Below the pieces are notes generated by a model. The model was not told the origin of the DNA and did not search any database. It saw only the letters and a program-made list of their open reading frames with translations. From assembly GCA_044342325.1 (NCBI GenBank), contig JBIIPZ010000022.1, forward strand, positions 1 to 50,103: DNA of 50,103 nucleotides, in the 5' to 3' direction. This stretch comes from Terrimicrobiaceae bacterium. Its GTDB lineage: Bacteria; Verrucomicrobiota; Verrucomicrobiia; Chthoniobacterales; Terrimicrobiaceae. Shown in pieces: positions 10,617 to 22,046 of the stretch. A program made the position numbers and the translations under genes. How positions within the stretch are numbered: position 1 is the stretch's first letter; every line of letters starts with the position of its first letter.

Positions 10617-11792
10617 ATGACAGCATTGTTGGCACTAGAGGATGGACGGGTTTTTCATGGCGAGTCTTTCGGAGCGGAGGGCACGGCTACTGGCGAGGTT
10701 TGCTTCAACACCTCAATGAGCGGCTATCAGGAAATCCTCACAGACCCTTCCTATCGCGGCCAAATCGTGGCGATGACCTATCCGGAAATCGGCAATTACG
10801 GCGTGAATGACATTGATGTGGAGAGCGACAAGCCTCAAGTGCGCGGCTTCGTGATCGAAGAACTCAGCCCTGTCGTCAGCAATTGGCGCTCGGATTCCGA
10901 CCTTGCCGGCTATTTGAAAAAACACGGCATTCAAGGCATCCAAGGTATCGACACGCGTGCCCTCACCCGCCATCTCCGCACTCGCGGATCCATGCGGGCA
11001 TGCATCACCACCGAGACCACTGATCCATCCAAGGCTGTGGAAATGGCCCGCAACGCGTCCTACGAGGGGGTGGATTTCGTCAAAGAAGTCACATCCACAG
11101 AAAAACACCAGTGGGACAAGAATAGCCGCTTGAGCCGTGAGTGGATCATCCGACCTGGCTCGGAAACCGAGGTTGATGCAGATGAAAAAGGTAATGTTTT
11201 CACCGACCTGCCTCCAGCCACCCACACGCTCGCAGCGCTGGATTTTGGAATCAAAAACAACATCCTTCGCTCGCTCCGGCAGAATGGCTTCGATGTCACG
11301 GTCCTTCCCGCAACAGCAACCGCTGAGGAAGTTCTCTCTTTGGGAACGGATGGAGTTTTCCTCTCGAATGGCCCTGGGGATCCCGAGGCTCTCGACTACG
11401 CCCGTGAGACGGTTCGTGGTCTGATCGGCAAGAAACCCCTCTTCGGCATCTGCCTCGGCCATCAGATTCTCGCTCTCGCTCTCGGAGGCAGCACCTTCAA
11501 GCTCAAGTTCGGACACCGTGGAGGCAATCAACCGGTCAAGGACCTCCGCACGGGAAAAATAGCCATCACTTCGCAAAATCACGGCTACGCTGTTGACCCT
11601 GCCTCGCTTCCCGCAGATGTCGAAGTAACCCATGTGAACCTGAATGACGGCACAGTCGCCGGCCTGCGCCACTTGAAACACCGCGCATCCAGCGTTCAAT
11701 ACCACCCCGAGGCATGCCCCGGCCCGCATGATGCCGACTACTTCTTCGCAGAGTTCGCCAAAGAAGTTGCCGCTGCGAAAGCCTCAGCCTAA
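10617..11792 (+). CDS. carA: Carbamoyl-phosphate synthase small subunit
   Basis: LALEDG, GEVCFNTSMSGYQE, SNGPGDP, GICLGHQ, QYHPEA. Confidence 0.97.
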   Translation: MTALLALEDGRVFHGESFGAEGTATGEVCFNTSMSGYQEILTDPSYRGQIVAMTYPEIGNYGVNDIDVESDKPQVRGFVIEELSPVVSNWRSDSDLAGYLKKHGIQGIQGIDTRALTRHLRTRGSMRACITTETTDPSKAVEMARNASYEGVDFVKEVTSTEKHQWDKNSRLSREWIIRPGSETEVDADEKGNVFTDLPPATHTLAALDFGIKNNILRSLRQNGFDVTVLPATATAEEVLSLGTDGVFLSNGPGDPEALDYARETVRGLIGKKPLFGICLGHQILALALGGSTFKLKFGHRGGNQPVKDLRTGKIAITSQNHGYAVDPASLPADVEVTHVNLNDGTVAGLRHLKHRASSVQYHPEACPGPHDADYFFAEFAKEVAAAKASA

Positions 11793-11802
11793 TAATCCCG
11801 CC

Positions 11803-12297
11803 ATGGCCAAGCTCCAGATTTTCTTCCCTGATGGCTCCGAGATCACCCACGACCTCCCGGAGGAAAAAACATCCGTCGGTCGCATCGCCGAAAACCAACT
11901 GCACATTCCGGATGATTCCATAAGCAGTCGGCATGCGGAGATTCTCTTTGAGAACGCGAATTTCTATGTCCGCGATCTCGACTCGACGAATGGCACTTTT
12001 ATAAATGGCTCGAAAACCGAAAGCGCCGTCCTCAAGCATGGCGACGAAGTCCGCTTTGGCTCGGTCGCCTGCCTGTTCATCTCCGAAAACGCCGACTCTG
12101 CCGTAGCACCAGAAGCCGCTGCCATCGAAGAGCAAAAGCCTTCCAGCCAGAGCGTCAGACCGGAAAATTTCACAAGCTGCTCGCCGATCCCCCGCAACAA
12201 AAACGGCAAGGATTTCAGCCCTCTCATCGTCGCCTCGGCGGCACTCATCGGCATAGCAGCAACCGCTGCCGCGCTCTATTTCATCTTTCCGGTCTAA
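11803..12297 (+). CDS. FHA domain protein with C-terminal transmembrane anchor
   Basis: GR, SSRHA, DLDSTNGT and GDEVRFG FHA motifs; hydrophobic C-terminus. Confidence 0.88.
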   Translation: MAKLQIFFPDGSEITHDLPEEKTSVGRIAENQLHIPDDSISSRHAEILFENANFYVRDLDSTNGTFINGSKTESAVLKHGDEVRFGSVACLFISENADSAVAPEAAAIEEQKPSSQSVRPENFTSCSPIPRNKNGKDFSPLIVASAALIGIAATAAALYFIFPV

Positions 12298-12330
12298 GTC
12301 CACTGGACAAGACCTCAGTCACTCATCGCC

Positions 12331-13791
12331 ATGGAAGAAAATTCCCAAAACGAACTCCTTGCCGTCCGCAGGCAAAAACTGGAAGCCCTCCGCGCCGCCG
12401 GCATTGATCCGTTCGGCCAAGCCTACGAGACAACCGGCGCACCCGGTCAAATCCGCGCCGCGTTTGCCGAGGGACAGAAAGTTCGCACCGCCGGACGCAT
12501 CACGGCCCATCGCAACATGGGTAAGAGCCATTTCATCGACCTCTCGGACAGCTCCGGACGCATGCAGGTTTATCTGAACGCCAAGGAAGTGGGCACGGAG
12601 ACGATGGCAGTTTTCGACCACCTCGATATCGGCGACTTCATCGGCGTCGAAGGCGAAACTTTCGTCACCAAAACCGGCGAACCGAGCATCAAGGCGACCA
12701 GCTTCACTGTCCTTTCCAAGTCCCTACGACCCCTCCCCGACAAGTGGCATGGGGTTCAGGATACGGAAATCAAATACCGGCAGCGCTACCTCGACCTCAT
12801 CTCCAATCCGGAGTCGATGGAAGTCTTCCAGAAGCGCATCGCCATCGTCCGCGAAATCCGGCGCTTCCTCGAGGATCGGGGATTCATCGAGGTGGAAACA
12901 CCCATGATGCAAGCTGTTCCCGGCGGTGCGGCGGCAGCCCCGTTCAAGACCCACCACAACGCACTTGGCGTGGACCTCTACCTCCGCATCGCGCCGGAAC
13001 TCTACCTCAAGCGACTCCTCGTCGGCGGTTTTTCCAAGATTTTCGAACTCAACCGCAACTTCCGCAACGAAGGCATATCCCGCCGCCACAATCCCGAGTT
13101 CACCATGCTCGAAGCCTACTGGGCCTGCGCCGACTTCGAAAAAATGGCCGAACTCGTTGAGGAAATGGTCTGCCATGTCGCCCAGACGGTCTGCGGCACG
13201 CTCCAGATCGAGCACAAGGACGGGGAGGGCAATGTCCTCCGCACGATCGACCTCACCCGCCCGTGGCGCCGCACCGATTACGCAGACCTCATCAAAGGCA
13301 TCGTGCCGGATTGGTATGAAAAAACTCACGAGCAGCGCCGAGCCTGGTGCATCAAGAACCATATCGATGTCACCCACTGCCAAGAGGACTTCGAGGTCAC
13401 CCAGCATGTTTTTGAAAAACTGGTGGAGGAAAAAACCATGAATCCTCTGTTCGTGACCCGCTGCCCGAAGGAACTCGTCCCCCTCGCCAAACAAAACTCG
13501 ACGAATCCATCCGTCGTCGATGTTTACGAACTAGTCATCAACGGCCAGGAAATCTCACCCGGCTACTCCGAACTCAACGACCCCGACATCCAGCGCGAGC
13601 GGCTTGAGCACCAGAGCGGCGGCGAAACCCAGAAGCTGGACGAGGATTTTCTCACCACTCTCGAATACGGCATGCCACCCGCCGGCGGCATCGGTATCGG
13701 CATCGACCGCTTGGTCATGATGCTGACCGGCGTCGAAAGCATTCGGGATGTCATCCTCTTTCCTCACATGCGCCCGCGCGCCGGGACCTGA
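12331..13791 (+). CDS. lysS: Lysine--tRNA ligase (class II)
   Basis: YRQRYLDL, EVETPM, LRIAPELYLKRL, FRNEG, HNPEFT, GIGIDRL. Confidence 0.98.
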   Translation: MEENSQNELLAVRRQKLEALRAAGIDPFGQAYETTGAPGQIRAAFAEGQKVRTAGRITAHRNMGKSHFIDLSDSSGRMQVYLNAKEVGTETMAVFDHLDIGDFIGVEGETFVTKTGEPSIKATSFTVLSKSLRPLPDKWHGVQDTEIKYRQRYLDLISNPESMEVFQKRIAIVREIRRFLEDRGFIEVETPMMQAVPGGAAAAPFKTHHNALGVDLYLRIAPELYLKRLLVGGFSKIFELNRNFRNEGISRRHNPEFTMLEAYWACADFEKMAELVEEMVCHVAQTVCGTLQIEHKDGEGNVLRTIDLTRPWRRTDYADLIKGIVPDWYEKTHEQRRAWCIKNHIDVTHCQEDFEVTQHVFEKLVEEKTMNPLFVTRCPKELVPLAKQNSTNPSVVDVYELVINGQEISPGYSELNDPDIQRERLEHQSGGETQKLDEDFLTTLEYGMPPAGGIGIGIDRLVMMLTGVESIRDVILFPHMRPRAGT

Positions 13792-13829
13792 AAAACGCCG
13801 CGCACCCCGGGCCAGCCACACCAAGCCTC

Positions 13830-14975
13830 GTGAAACGAATCTTCGGCCTGCTCCTGTTGCTTCTCGCCATGCAGATTCCCGCCCGCGCGTGGGAGGTAAT
13901 CATGCACGAGGGGCGCCGCCATGTGCCGATTGAAGATGTTTCCAAATTCTACCGCCTGAGAGCCCCCTTGGTGAACGGCCCCGCATTCACCCTGAGCGGA
14001 GCCTCGAAAACCATTCGCGGCCGCGCCGGGACCCGCGAAATCTACATCAACAATGTGAAATACGTCCTCTGCTTCCCTGTGGAGCAGAAGGGCGGGCGGC
14101 TTCTGATTTCGGCCATGGATGTCACAAAAATCATAGAGCCTGTCATGCGACCGGGCCTCATTAAAAACGCCCACGCCGTCCGCACCGTGATCCTGGATGC
14201 CGGCCACGGGGGACACGACAGCGGGGCAAAAGGCCAGCGCGGCATTGAAAAAGAGGCCGCCCTTGATGTCGTGCTCCGCGCCAAGCGCCTGCTGGAGCAG
14301 AATGGCTACACTGTGCGCCTGACTCGCTCGAGCGATGTCTTCATCCCGCTCGAGGACCGCGCCGCTTTTGCCAACCGGTTTACGAATGCCATCTTCGTCA
14401 GCGTCCACTTCAACAAAAGCGGTGGCGGTGGAGCCTCCGGCATCGAGACCTTCGCCCTCGCCCCGCGCGGTGTGCCCTCGATGGATGAGGAAAATTTCAG
14501 CTACAGCGACCTGAAGCTGCACTCTGGCCATGGACAGGATGCCGAGAACATCGCCCTCGCCACGGCCCTTCACTCCTCCATGCTCCGCCACATGCGCCTC
14601 ACCGACCGGGGCATCAAGCGCGCACGCTTCGTCGTGATCCGGGACATCCGTATTCCCGGCGTGCTCCTCGAAGGTGGCTTCATGAACCATCCGGTGGATG
14701 GCAAGCTCATCGCATCCCCCGCCTACCGCGACGCCTTTGCCCGTGCCATCCTTGAAGGCGTGGGTCGCTACCGCAGCGCAGTCTCCGGAGAGACAAGCTA
14801 CCAGGCGCCCTCGGCCGTCGCCTCAGCCACCGATAAAACCTCCATCCCCGACCTGCGCCGGAACATTTCCCCACTTGGAATGCATCCCATACTGAACGAA
14901 GCTATCCAGCGCACTGCCGATTCGCTTAAAACCAAGGAATCAACCGCACAGGAAACCAAACCGGATGCTAACTGA
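13830..14975 (+). CDS. N-acetylmuramoyl-L-alanine amidase (Amidase_3) with signal peptide
   Basis: ILDAGHGGHD, EKE, FVSVHFN, LLEGGF zinc-amidase motifs. Confidence 0.92.
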   Translation: MKRIFGLLLLLLAMQIPARAWEVIMHEGRRHVPIEDVSKFYRLRAPLVNGPAFTLSGASKTIRGRAGTREIYINNVKYVLCFPVEQKGGRLLISAMDVTKIIEPVMRPGLIKNAHAVRTVILDAGHGGHDSGAKGQRGIEKEAALDVVLRAKRLLEQNGYTVRLTRSSDVFIPLEDRAAFANRFTNAIFVSVHFNKSGGGGASGIETFALAPRGVPSMDEENFSYSDLKLHSGHGQDAENIALATALHSSMLRHMRLTDRGIKRARFVVIRDIRIPGVLLEGGFMNHPVDGKLIASPAYRDAFARAILEGVGRYRSAVSGETSYQAPSAVASATDKTSIPDLRRNISPLGMHPILNEAIQRTADSLKTKESTAQETKPDAN

Positions 14976-15792
14976 AAAATCCACCGACCCCATCGGAGTC
15001 TTCGATTCAGGCATCGGCGGCCTGACCGTCGCCGCCGCGCTGCAGAACCTCCTGCCTTCGGAAAATATTTTCTACCTGGGTGATACAGCCCGCGTCCCCT
15101 ACGGCGGGAAAAGCCGCCGCACCGTCGAGCGCTACAGCATCGAGATCGGCGGACTCCTCCTCGCAGAACGGGCAAAGATTATCGTCGTCGCCTGCAACAC
15201 CGCATCCGCCCTCGCCGTTCCGCGCATGAAGGAGATGTTCAAGGTTCCCGTGCAAGGCGTCGTCGCCCCGGGAGCCGCAGCAGCAGTGGCCTCCACAAAG
15301 AATAAAACCGTCGGAGTCATCGGCACACGCGGCACTATTGCCAGCGGCGCCTATGAACACGCGATCAACTCACTCGACGCAGACATCCGGGTCATCAGCG
15401 TCGCCTGTCCCTTGCTTGTCCCGCTTATCGAGGAAGGCATGTTCGAGGACAAAGTGACCGACCTCATGCTCGCCCGCTACCTCGCCCCGCTCCTTTCTGC
15501 CGGCATAGACACGCTCGTCCTTGGCTGCACGCACTACCCGCTCCTGCGCGAAGCCATCGCCCGCACCGCCGGACCTGGCGTGACATTGGTGGACTCGGCC
15601 GAAAACTGCGCCCTGGCCGTCAAAGCCCTTCTCGAAAAAAACACCCTCAACGCACCACCGGAACGCCTCGGAAAACTCGATGTCGCCCTCACAGACGCCA
15701 CTGAGCGATTCCTCCGAACCGCAGCAAAGGCCCTAGACTTGGAAATCGGCGATGTGACCCTCCGCTCAGTCCAGAGCGTCGAGAAGGCCTGA
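14965..15792 (+). CDS. murI: Glutamate racemase
   Basis: FDSGIGG, PYG, VACNTA, LGCTHY. Confidence 0.97.
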   Translation: MLTEKSTDPIGVFDSGIGGLTVAAALQNLLPSENIFYLGDTARVPYGGKSRRTVERYSIEIGGLLLAERAKIIVVACNTASALAVPRMKEMFKVPVQGVVAPGAAAAVASTKNKTVGVIGTRGTIASGAYEHAINSLDADIRVISVACPLLVPLIEEGMFEDKVTDLMLARYLAPLLSAGIDTLVLGCTHYPLLREAIARTAGPGVTLVDSAENCALAVKALLEKNTLNAPPERLGKLDVALTDATERFLRTAAKALDLEIGDVTLRSVQSVEKA

Positions 15793-15805
15793 GACTGCTG
15801 TCGTT

Positions 15806-18800
15806 TCAGGCGTGGTATTCCTGCAGGCTTTTCACGCTATAGCCGTGCTTGAGCATGGCGCGAATTGCTTGAACACTGGCTCGGGCGGCACGGAGGGTGG
15901 TCATGGTCGGAACGCGGGCGGCCGTGGCAGCGCTACGGATTGCGACCTCATCCTCGCGAGGCACTGCGCCATTCGGCGTATTTAGAATGAACTTCACTTG
16001 CCCGTTTTTGATCGAGTCCACGACATTCGGACGGCCTTCGCGAATTTTGAGCATGACGGGAACTTTGAGTCCGTTTTTTGCAAAATAGGAGGCGGTGCCG
16101 GTGGATGCGTGGACTTTGAGTCCCAGCTCGACGAGGTCTTTGGCGACTTCGAGAGCGGCGGGTTTGTCGGAGTCCTTCACGCTAATAAAGACGTCGCCCT
16201 TCAGCGGGAGCGCGGGCTGCGCAGACATCTGGCTCTTGGCATAGGCGATACCGAGATCGGGATCGATACCCATGACTTCGCCGGTGGAGCGCATTTCCGG
16301 CCCAAGAATGATGTCGATGCCGGGGAATTTGATGAACGGGAAGACAGCTTCCTTCACGGAGTAGTAGGAGGGGATGACCTCTTCAGTGAAGCCGAGTTCG
16401 CGAAGGGTTTTCCCAGCCATGACCTTTGCGGCAAGCTTGGCTAGCGGAACGCCGGTGGCCTTGCTCACAAAGGGGGCAGTGCGCGAAGCGCGAGGGTTGA
16501 CTTCGAGAATGTAAACGACCTCGTCCTTGACGGCGAATTGCACATTCATGAGTCCCCTCACCTGCAACTCGATGGCCATGGCTTTGGTGGCGCTTTTGAT
16601 TGTCTCCAGAACTTGTGGCGAGAGCGAGAAGCTGGGAATCACACAGGCGCTATCGCCGGAGTGGATGCCCGCCTGCTCGATGTGCTCCATGACACCGCCG
16701 ATGACGCAAATTTCACCGTCCGAGATGCAGTCCACATCGACTTCGGTGGCATCTTCGAGAAAGCGGTCCACCAGCACAGGACGCTCCGGACTGGCTTCCA
16801 CGGCGGTGCGGATGTAGCGCCGCAGGTCGGCTTCGTCATGAACGATCTCCATTGCACGGCCTCCCAGAACGAACGATGGGCGCACCAGCACGGGATATCC
16901 GATGCGGGCGGCGACATCCACCGCCTCCTGCTCATTCGTAGCGGTGCCGCCTTGGGTCTGGCGCAGGCCGAGTTTATCAAGCATCGCGGAGAAATGTTTC
17001 CGGTCCTCAGCCATTTCGATACTGCGGGGCTGGGTGCCGATGATGTTGCACCCATTGGCCTCCAAGCCTGCGGCGAGGTTCAGAGGAGTCTGGCCACCAA
17101 ATTGCACGATGACGGCATCCGCCTTCTCGCGCTCGTAGATGTTGAGCACATCCTCGAGGGTGAGCGGCTCGAAATAGAGTTTGTCGCTGGTGTCGTAATC
17201 CGTCGAAACGGTCTCTGGGTTCGAGTTGACCATGATGGTTTCCCAGCCGAGTTCCTTGAGGGCAAAAGCGGCATGCACGCAGCAGTAGTCGAACTCGATG
17301 CCTTGTCCGATGCGGTTTGGGCCACCGCCGAGGATGAGCACTTTCTTTTTATCGCTGGCGCGGGTTTCGTCCTCATCGCCGTAGGTCGAGTAGTAATAAG
17401 GCGTGAAGGCTTCAAACTCGGCCGCGCAGGTATCAACGAGACGGTAGGTCGGCACGATGCCGGCAGCCTTGCGGGCCTTGCGGACCTCGGGTTCGGTGGA
17501 TTTCGTAAGATAGGCGAGTTGGCGATCGGAAAAACCAAAGCGCTTAGCTCTGCGGAAGTCGGCGGCTCCAAGCGGCGCAGGCAGTGCGGCGAGGCGCTTC
17601 TCCTCTTCCACGATGAGGCGGATGTGCTCAAGGAACCAACGATCGATCGAGGAAAGCTCGTGAACCTCCTCCACAGTGAGACCGGCGAGGAAGGCGTAGC
17701 GCAGGAAAAAAACTCGCTCGGCACGCGGAGTGCGAAGCTTTTGACGGATCATTTCGACATCGGGCTCGATATCCTTGCCATCAGCTCCGTAGCCGAAGCG
17801 GCCGATTTCAAGAGAGCGCAGGGCCTTCTGAAAGGATTCCTTGAATGTGCGCCCAATGGCCATGGCCTCGCCCACGCTCTTCATCTGAGTGGTGAGGGTC
17901 GGATCGGCCGTCGGGAACTTCTCAAAAGTGAAACGCGGAATCTTGGTCACGACATAGTCGATCGCCGGCTCGAAGCAGGCGGGAGTGACACGAGTGATGT
18001 CGTTTTTCAACTCATCCAGCGTGTATCCGACAGCGAGCTTGGCGGCGATTTTGGCAATCGGAAATCCTGTCGCCTTCGATGCCAATGCGGAACTGCGCGA
18101 GACGCGAGGATTCATTTCAATCACAACCATGCGGCCATTAGAGGGATTGATGGCGAACTGGATGTTCGACCCGCCGGTTTCAACACCGATGGCACGAATG
18201 ACAGCAAAGCTGGCATCGCGCATGGCCTGGTATTCCTTGTCGGTGAGCGTCTGGATCGGAGCCACCGTGATCGAGTCGCCTGTGTGCACGCCCATGGGAT
18301 CAAGGTTCTCGATCGAGCAGATGACCACGCAGTTGTCGGCACGATCGCGCATGACTTCCATCTCGAATTCTTTCCAACCAAGCAGTGATTCCTCCACCAG
18401 CACTTCGCTAACGGGTGAGAGGTCGAGGCCGCGGCGGCAGATTTCATCAAGCTCCTCGCGGTTGTAGGCAATGCCGCCGCCAGCACCGCCGAGGGTGAAC
18501 GCCGGGCGAATGATGAGAGGGAACGTGCCGATCTCGACTCCGACAGCGCGTGCTTCTTCAAGCGTGTGAGCGACACCCGAGCGGGCACAGTCGAGACCGA
18601 TCTCGAGCATGATATTTTTGAAAATAAGCCGATCCTCGCCGCGCTTGATGGCCTCAGCATTTGCACCGATGAGGCGCGCGCCATGGCGCTCGAGGGCACC
18701 GTTCTCGACCAACGCCATGGCTGCGTTCAGAGCAGTCTGGCCGCCGAGTGTCGGCAGGACGGCATCCGGCTTTTCACGCTCGAGAATTTTTTCAATGACC

Positions 18801-19015
18801 TCTGGAGTGATCGGCTCGATGTAGGTCCGCTGCGCGAACTCTGGATCGGTCATAATCGTCGCGGGGTTCGAATTCACGAGCACAACATCGTAGCCCTCCT
18901 CGGCAAGCGCTTTGCAGGCTTGAACGCCCGAGTAGTCGAATTCGCAGCCTTGGCCGATCACAATGGGACCGGAACCAATGAGGAGGATTTTTTTGATCGA
19001 AGAGTCTTTCGGCAT
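15806..19015 (-). CDS. carB: Carbamoyl-phosphate synthase large subunit
   Basis: [17 protein letters not shown], duplicated ATP-grasp halves, [11 protein letters not shown]-terminal MGS domain. Confidence 0.98.
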   Translation of the reverse strand: MPKDSSIKKILLIGSGPIVIGQGCEFDYSGVQACKALAEEGYDVVLVNSNPATIMTDPEFAQRTYIEPITPEVIEKILEREKPDAVLPTLGGQTALNAAMALVENGALERHGARLIGANAEAIKRGEDRLIFKNIMLEIGLDCARSGVAHTLEEARAVGVEIGTFPLIIRPAFTLGGAGGGIAYNREELDEICRRGLDLSPVSEVLVEESLLGWKEFEMEVMRDRADNCVVICSIENLDPMGVHTGDSITVAPIQTLTDKEYQAMRDASFAVIRAIGVETGGSNIQFAINPSNGRMVVIEMNPRVSRSSALASKATGFPIAKIAAKLAVGYTLDELKNDITRVTPACFEPAIDYVVTKIPRFTFEKFPTADPTLTTQMKSVGEAMAIGRTFKESFQKALRSLEIGRFGYGADGKDIEPDVEMIRQKLRTPRAERVFFLRYAFLAGLTVEEVHELSSIDRWFLEHIRLIVEEEKRLAALPAPLGAADFRRAKRFGFSDRQLAYLTKSTEPEVRKARKAAGIVPTYRLVDTCAAEFEAFTPYYYSTYGDEDETRASDKKKVLILGGGPNRIGQGIEFDYCCVHAAFALKELGWETIMVNSNPETVSTDYDTSDKLYFEPLTLEDVLNIYEREKADAVIVQFGGQTPLNLAAGLEANGCNIIGTQPRSIEMAEDRKHFSAMLDKLGLRQTQGGTATNEQEAVDVAARIGYPVLVRPSFVLGGRAMEIVHDEADLRRYIRTAVEASPERPVLVDRFLEDATEVDVDCISDGEICVIGGVMEHIEQAGIHSGDSACVIPSFSLSPQVLETIKSATKAMAIELQVRGLMNVQFAVKDEVVYILEVNPRASRTAPFVSKATGVPLAKLAAKVMAGKTLRELGFTEEVIPSYYSVKEAVFPFIKFPGIDIILGPEMRSTGEVMGIDPDLGIAYAKSQMSAQPALPLKGDVFISVKDSDKPAALEVAKDLVELGLKVHASTGTASYFAKNGLKVPVMLKIREGRPNVVDSIKNGQVKFILNTPNGAVPREDEVAIRSAATAARVPTMTTLRAARASVQAIRAMLKHGYSVKSLQEYHA

Positions 19016-19097
19016 GGCGCGGGAGACTATGCGAACCCCGTCCCGCAGGGCAACGAAATGGTTCGACTAAAAATCCGCCGCGCTTCAGAACAAAAAT

Positions 19098-19400
19098 ATG
19101 GAACAACGCAAATACAGCACCGGCACCAAGGGGCGCCTGAAAAAACACAGTGACGAGTGCCGCGAGTTCATCCGCTCGCATTCCCCGAGCTTCAGCCTGG
19201 CCAACGAATTCATCGAATCCATCGACCCGGAGCGCGAGGACAGAGCTTGGCAGCGATTCATGGCGCCCGAAAGCGTCCTGCCGGAACTCGAGGCTTGGCT
19301 GCAAGGCGAAGCCCCGCCGCCTCCAAAAAACTCCCTGCATCCAAAACTGATCTCAGGTGCCCAACTAGCCACAGAGAGCCCTGGCACCAACCCGGAGTAG
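19098..19400 (+). CDS. Hypothetical protein (100 aa)
   Basis: ATG-initiated ORF filling the gap between divergent carB and bamA; no recognised motif. Confidence 0.5.
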   Translation: MEQRKYSTGTKGRLKKHSDECREFIRSHSPSFSLANEFIESIDPEREDRAWQRFMAPESVLPELEAWLQGEAPPPPKNSLHPKLISGAQLATESPGTNPE

Positions 19401-19465
19401 CATTTTTCCTGATACCCCGTATCAGATCAAACCAACCCGCAATCGGGCAAAGGCGCACCCTTTTC

Positions 19466-19494
19466 TTGACCTCGCGACACGGCTTCAGTATCTC
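19466..19494 (+). promoter_or_regulatory. Putative promoter of the bamA operon (TTGACC-N17-TATCTC)
   Basis: -35-like hexamer, 17-bp spacer, about 40 bp upstream of the bamA ATG. Confidence 0.35.
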
Positions 19495-19535
19495 CGTGCG
19501 TCTGCGTCGCCGATGTGCGCGCCGCCGCCCACACC

Positions 19536-21947
19536 ATGAGAATTCTCCGAAACGCCAAACACCTCTTCATTGCCCTGTTGCTCCCTCTCGTCCTCGCAAC
19601 CGGCACTTCACCTCTTCACGCACAACCCACAGAAGAGTCGTCTGGACCGATTATTAAAGACATCGCGGTCGAGACAGTCGGCGCTCCGAGTATTTCCAAA
19701 GATCGCGTTCTGGCGAACCTCGCCACGAAGGTCGGCAAGCCCTACAGCGAGCGCACCGCCGAGCAGGATGTGCGCGCCCTTTACCAGACCGGCGGCGTTT
19801 CCAATGTTCGCATCTTTGCCGAACCACTCGGTGATGGCGTGAAAGTCACCGTGCTCCTCCAAGGCCGCCCGGTTGTGGAGGAAGTCATCATCGAAGGCGC
19901 CCAAGACATCCCGCTCAACCGCGTGCGCCGCGACCTCGGAGTGAAACCCGGCGATGTCGTAAATGACGAAAAAATCGAGCAGGACCGCCAAAAAATCCTG
20001 ACCCTTTATGAGGATCGGAATTACTCCGATGTGAACGTGCAGTATCGCGTGGAGGAAATCCCAGGAAAAAACCGCGCCCGCGTGATTTTTGCGATCACAG
20101 AAGGCCCCAAGCTCATTGTCAAAAAGATCGTTTTCAATGGTAATGACTCAGTCCTCTCCAAGGACCTCCGGGCCGTAATGAAGACAAAGCCGCTTGATAT
20201 TCTTACCTTTTTCAACAAAAGCGGACGGCTTACCCCATCGCAGGTCGAGGAAGACCGCGCTGCCATCCGCACCCTCTACCAGAATCGAGGCTTCGCCGAT
20301 GTGGATATCTCACAGATTGAAACACAACCTCTGGAAAAAGGCGGTGTTGAACTCGTCGTCAATATCACAGAAGGCACGCAATACCGGGTCAACAACATCG
20401 CCGTCGATGGCGTGAACATTGTTCCAGCGGGCGAGGTTTCCAGCCTGCTCAAAATGAATGTCGGCCAGCTTTTCACTCCGAAAGGTATGAGCGAAGACAT
20501 CAAGGCCATGAGAGATTTCTACGGTAGCCGTGGCTATGTCGATATGACGATCGCTCCCGAGGTGCTGCCTGCCGGCCCTGGGGCTGTGAATCTCACTTAC
20601 CGTTTGGAAGAAGGAGTTCAGTCCTACATTAACCTCGTTAATATCCAAGGCAATACAAGAACACAAGACCGCGTGATCCGCCGTGAATTGGCAGTTAAAC
20701 CCGGCGAGGTTTACGACACGACGCTCGTGGATGTAAGCAAGAAGCGCCTGGAGAACCTGAACTACTTCTCCCGAGTGGAGACTCAACCCACCGATACCGT
20801 CGTTCCGGGCCGCAAAGATTTGAATGTAATCGTTGAAGAAAAACGCACCGGTTCATTTAACTTCGGCGCAGGTTTCAGCACGATCGACAGCTTGATCGGC
20901 TTTGCGGAAATCCAGCAATCCAATTTTGATGTTACGAACTGGCCAAACTTCACCGGTGGCGGCCAGCGCTTCCGCATTCGCGCCCAATACGGTCTCCTGC
21001 GTCAGGATTTCGTTGCATCCCTCACCGAGCCATGGTTCCTCGGATATAAGCTCTCCGCCGGCGTCGAAGCCTACTACCGGAATGCCGACTTCCTTTCGAA
21101 TGTGTATGCTCAGGAAAACGCAGGCTTCGCCCTGCAAACACGCCAGCAAGTCTGGCGCGCACTCTCCGCCCGCACGGAATACCGCTTCGAGCGCGTCGTG
21201 ATTTACGATCTCGGCGACGACCTCTACAACGACTATTATGGTGCCAATGGCGTATTTGGAGGCACCAGCAGCAACGGAAAATATGGTCCCGTCATCAAGG
21301 ACGCCGAGGGCACCTACTACAAGAGCGCCATCACCAGTTCGCTCGTTTGGGATACCCGCGATAGTCTCTTCCTCACCCGCAAGGGAGAACTCCTCGAACT
21401 CACCGGCTTCATCGCAGGCGGTTTCCTCGGAGGCACTGTCCAAGACTACGGTATCTCGGTCGAAGGCTCGAAATACTTCCCGCTCCCATGGGACATGATT
21501 TTCATGACCAAAGCCCAAGTGGCCGTGGTCGATGGCTGGGGTGGCGGCGAGTCCAATGAAGACGACGGCTACGGAAACGGCGTTCCAATTTTTGACCGCC
21601 TTTACCTTGGCGGCGCAAACAACATGCGAGGCTTCGACTTCCGCGAGGTCGGCCCTGTGGATGTAGATGACAACCCGATCGGCGGCAACTCGCTCGCCTA
21701 TGTGACTCTGGAACTCACCTTCCCGATCATCACTCGCGTCCGCGGAGCGGTCTTCACCGATGCTGGCTTCGTGAACTCGGATGCCTACGATTTCGGAAGT
21801 GCAGGCGCCAATGTGGACGTGGGCATCGGTCTGCGACTCGACCTGCCAATCGGCCCAATCCGCGTCGATTATGGTGTACCGGTTGTCTATGACAGCTGGA
21901 ATGGACCTCCCGGAAAATTCAACTTCAACATCGGATACCAATTCTAA
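19536..21947 (+). CDS. bamA: Outer membrane protein assembly factor BamA
   Basis: Signal peptide, POTRA-like repeats, MRGF motif, C-terminal FNFNIGYQF; followed by skp and lpxD. Confidence 0.96.
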   Translation: MRILRNAKHLFIALLLPLVLATGTSPLHAQPTEESSGPIIKDIAVETVGAPSISKDRVLANLATKVGKPYSERTAEQDVRALYQTGGVSNVRIFAEPLGDGVKVTVLLQGRPVVEEVIIEGAQDIPLNRVRRDLGVKPGDVVNDEKIEQDRQKILTLYEDRNYSDVNVQYRVEEIPGKNRARVIFAITEGPKLIVKKIVFNGNDSVLSKDLRAVMKTKPLDILTFFNKSGRLTPSQVEEDRAAIRTLYQNRGFADVDISQIETQPLEKGGVELVVNITEGTQYRVNNIAVDGVNIVPAGEVSSLLKMNVGQLFTPKGMSEDIKAMRDFYGSRGYVDMTIAPEVLPAGPGAVNLTYRLEEGVQSYINLVNIQGNTRTQDRVIRRELAVKPGEVYDTTLVDVSKKRLENLNYFSRVETQPTDTVVPGRKDLNVIVEEKRTGSFNFGAGFSTIDSLIGFAEIQQSNFDVTNWPNFTGGGQRFRIRAQYGLLRQDFVASLTEPWFLGYKLSAGVEAYYRNADFLSNVYAQENAGFALQTRQQVWRALSARTEYRFERVVIYDLGDDLYNDYYGANGVFGGTSSNGKYGPVIKDAEGTYYKSAITSSLVWDTRDSLFLTRKGELLELTGFIAGGFLGGTVQDYGISVEGSKYFPLPWDMIFMTKAQVAVVDGWGGGESNEDDGYGNGVPIFDRLYLGGANNMRGFDFREVGPVDVDDNPIGGNSLAYVTLELTFPIITRVRGAVFTDAGFVNSDAYDFGSAGANVDVGIGLRLDLPIGPIRVDYGVPVVYDSWNGPPGKFNFNIGYQF

Positions 21948-22046
21948 CACCAAGGTTGCAGGCCTTCTACGACCTTGACCAAAATCAGCTTCCGTGCCAT
22001 TAACCCACGGGCTTACTTTTAACCCAACAAACAAAATATAACTACA

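Noticed and set aside
16538..18388. Long antisense ORFs (616 aa opposite carB, and similar ones opposite rho, the helicase, smc, bamA and murA)
   Set aside because: Shadow frames of GC-rich, codon-biased genes; no motifs and fully overlapping confident genes
10617..19015. carA and carB separated and in opposite orientation
   Set aside because: Split carAB is common and no rearrangement scars are visible
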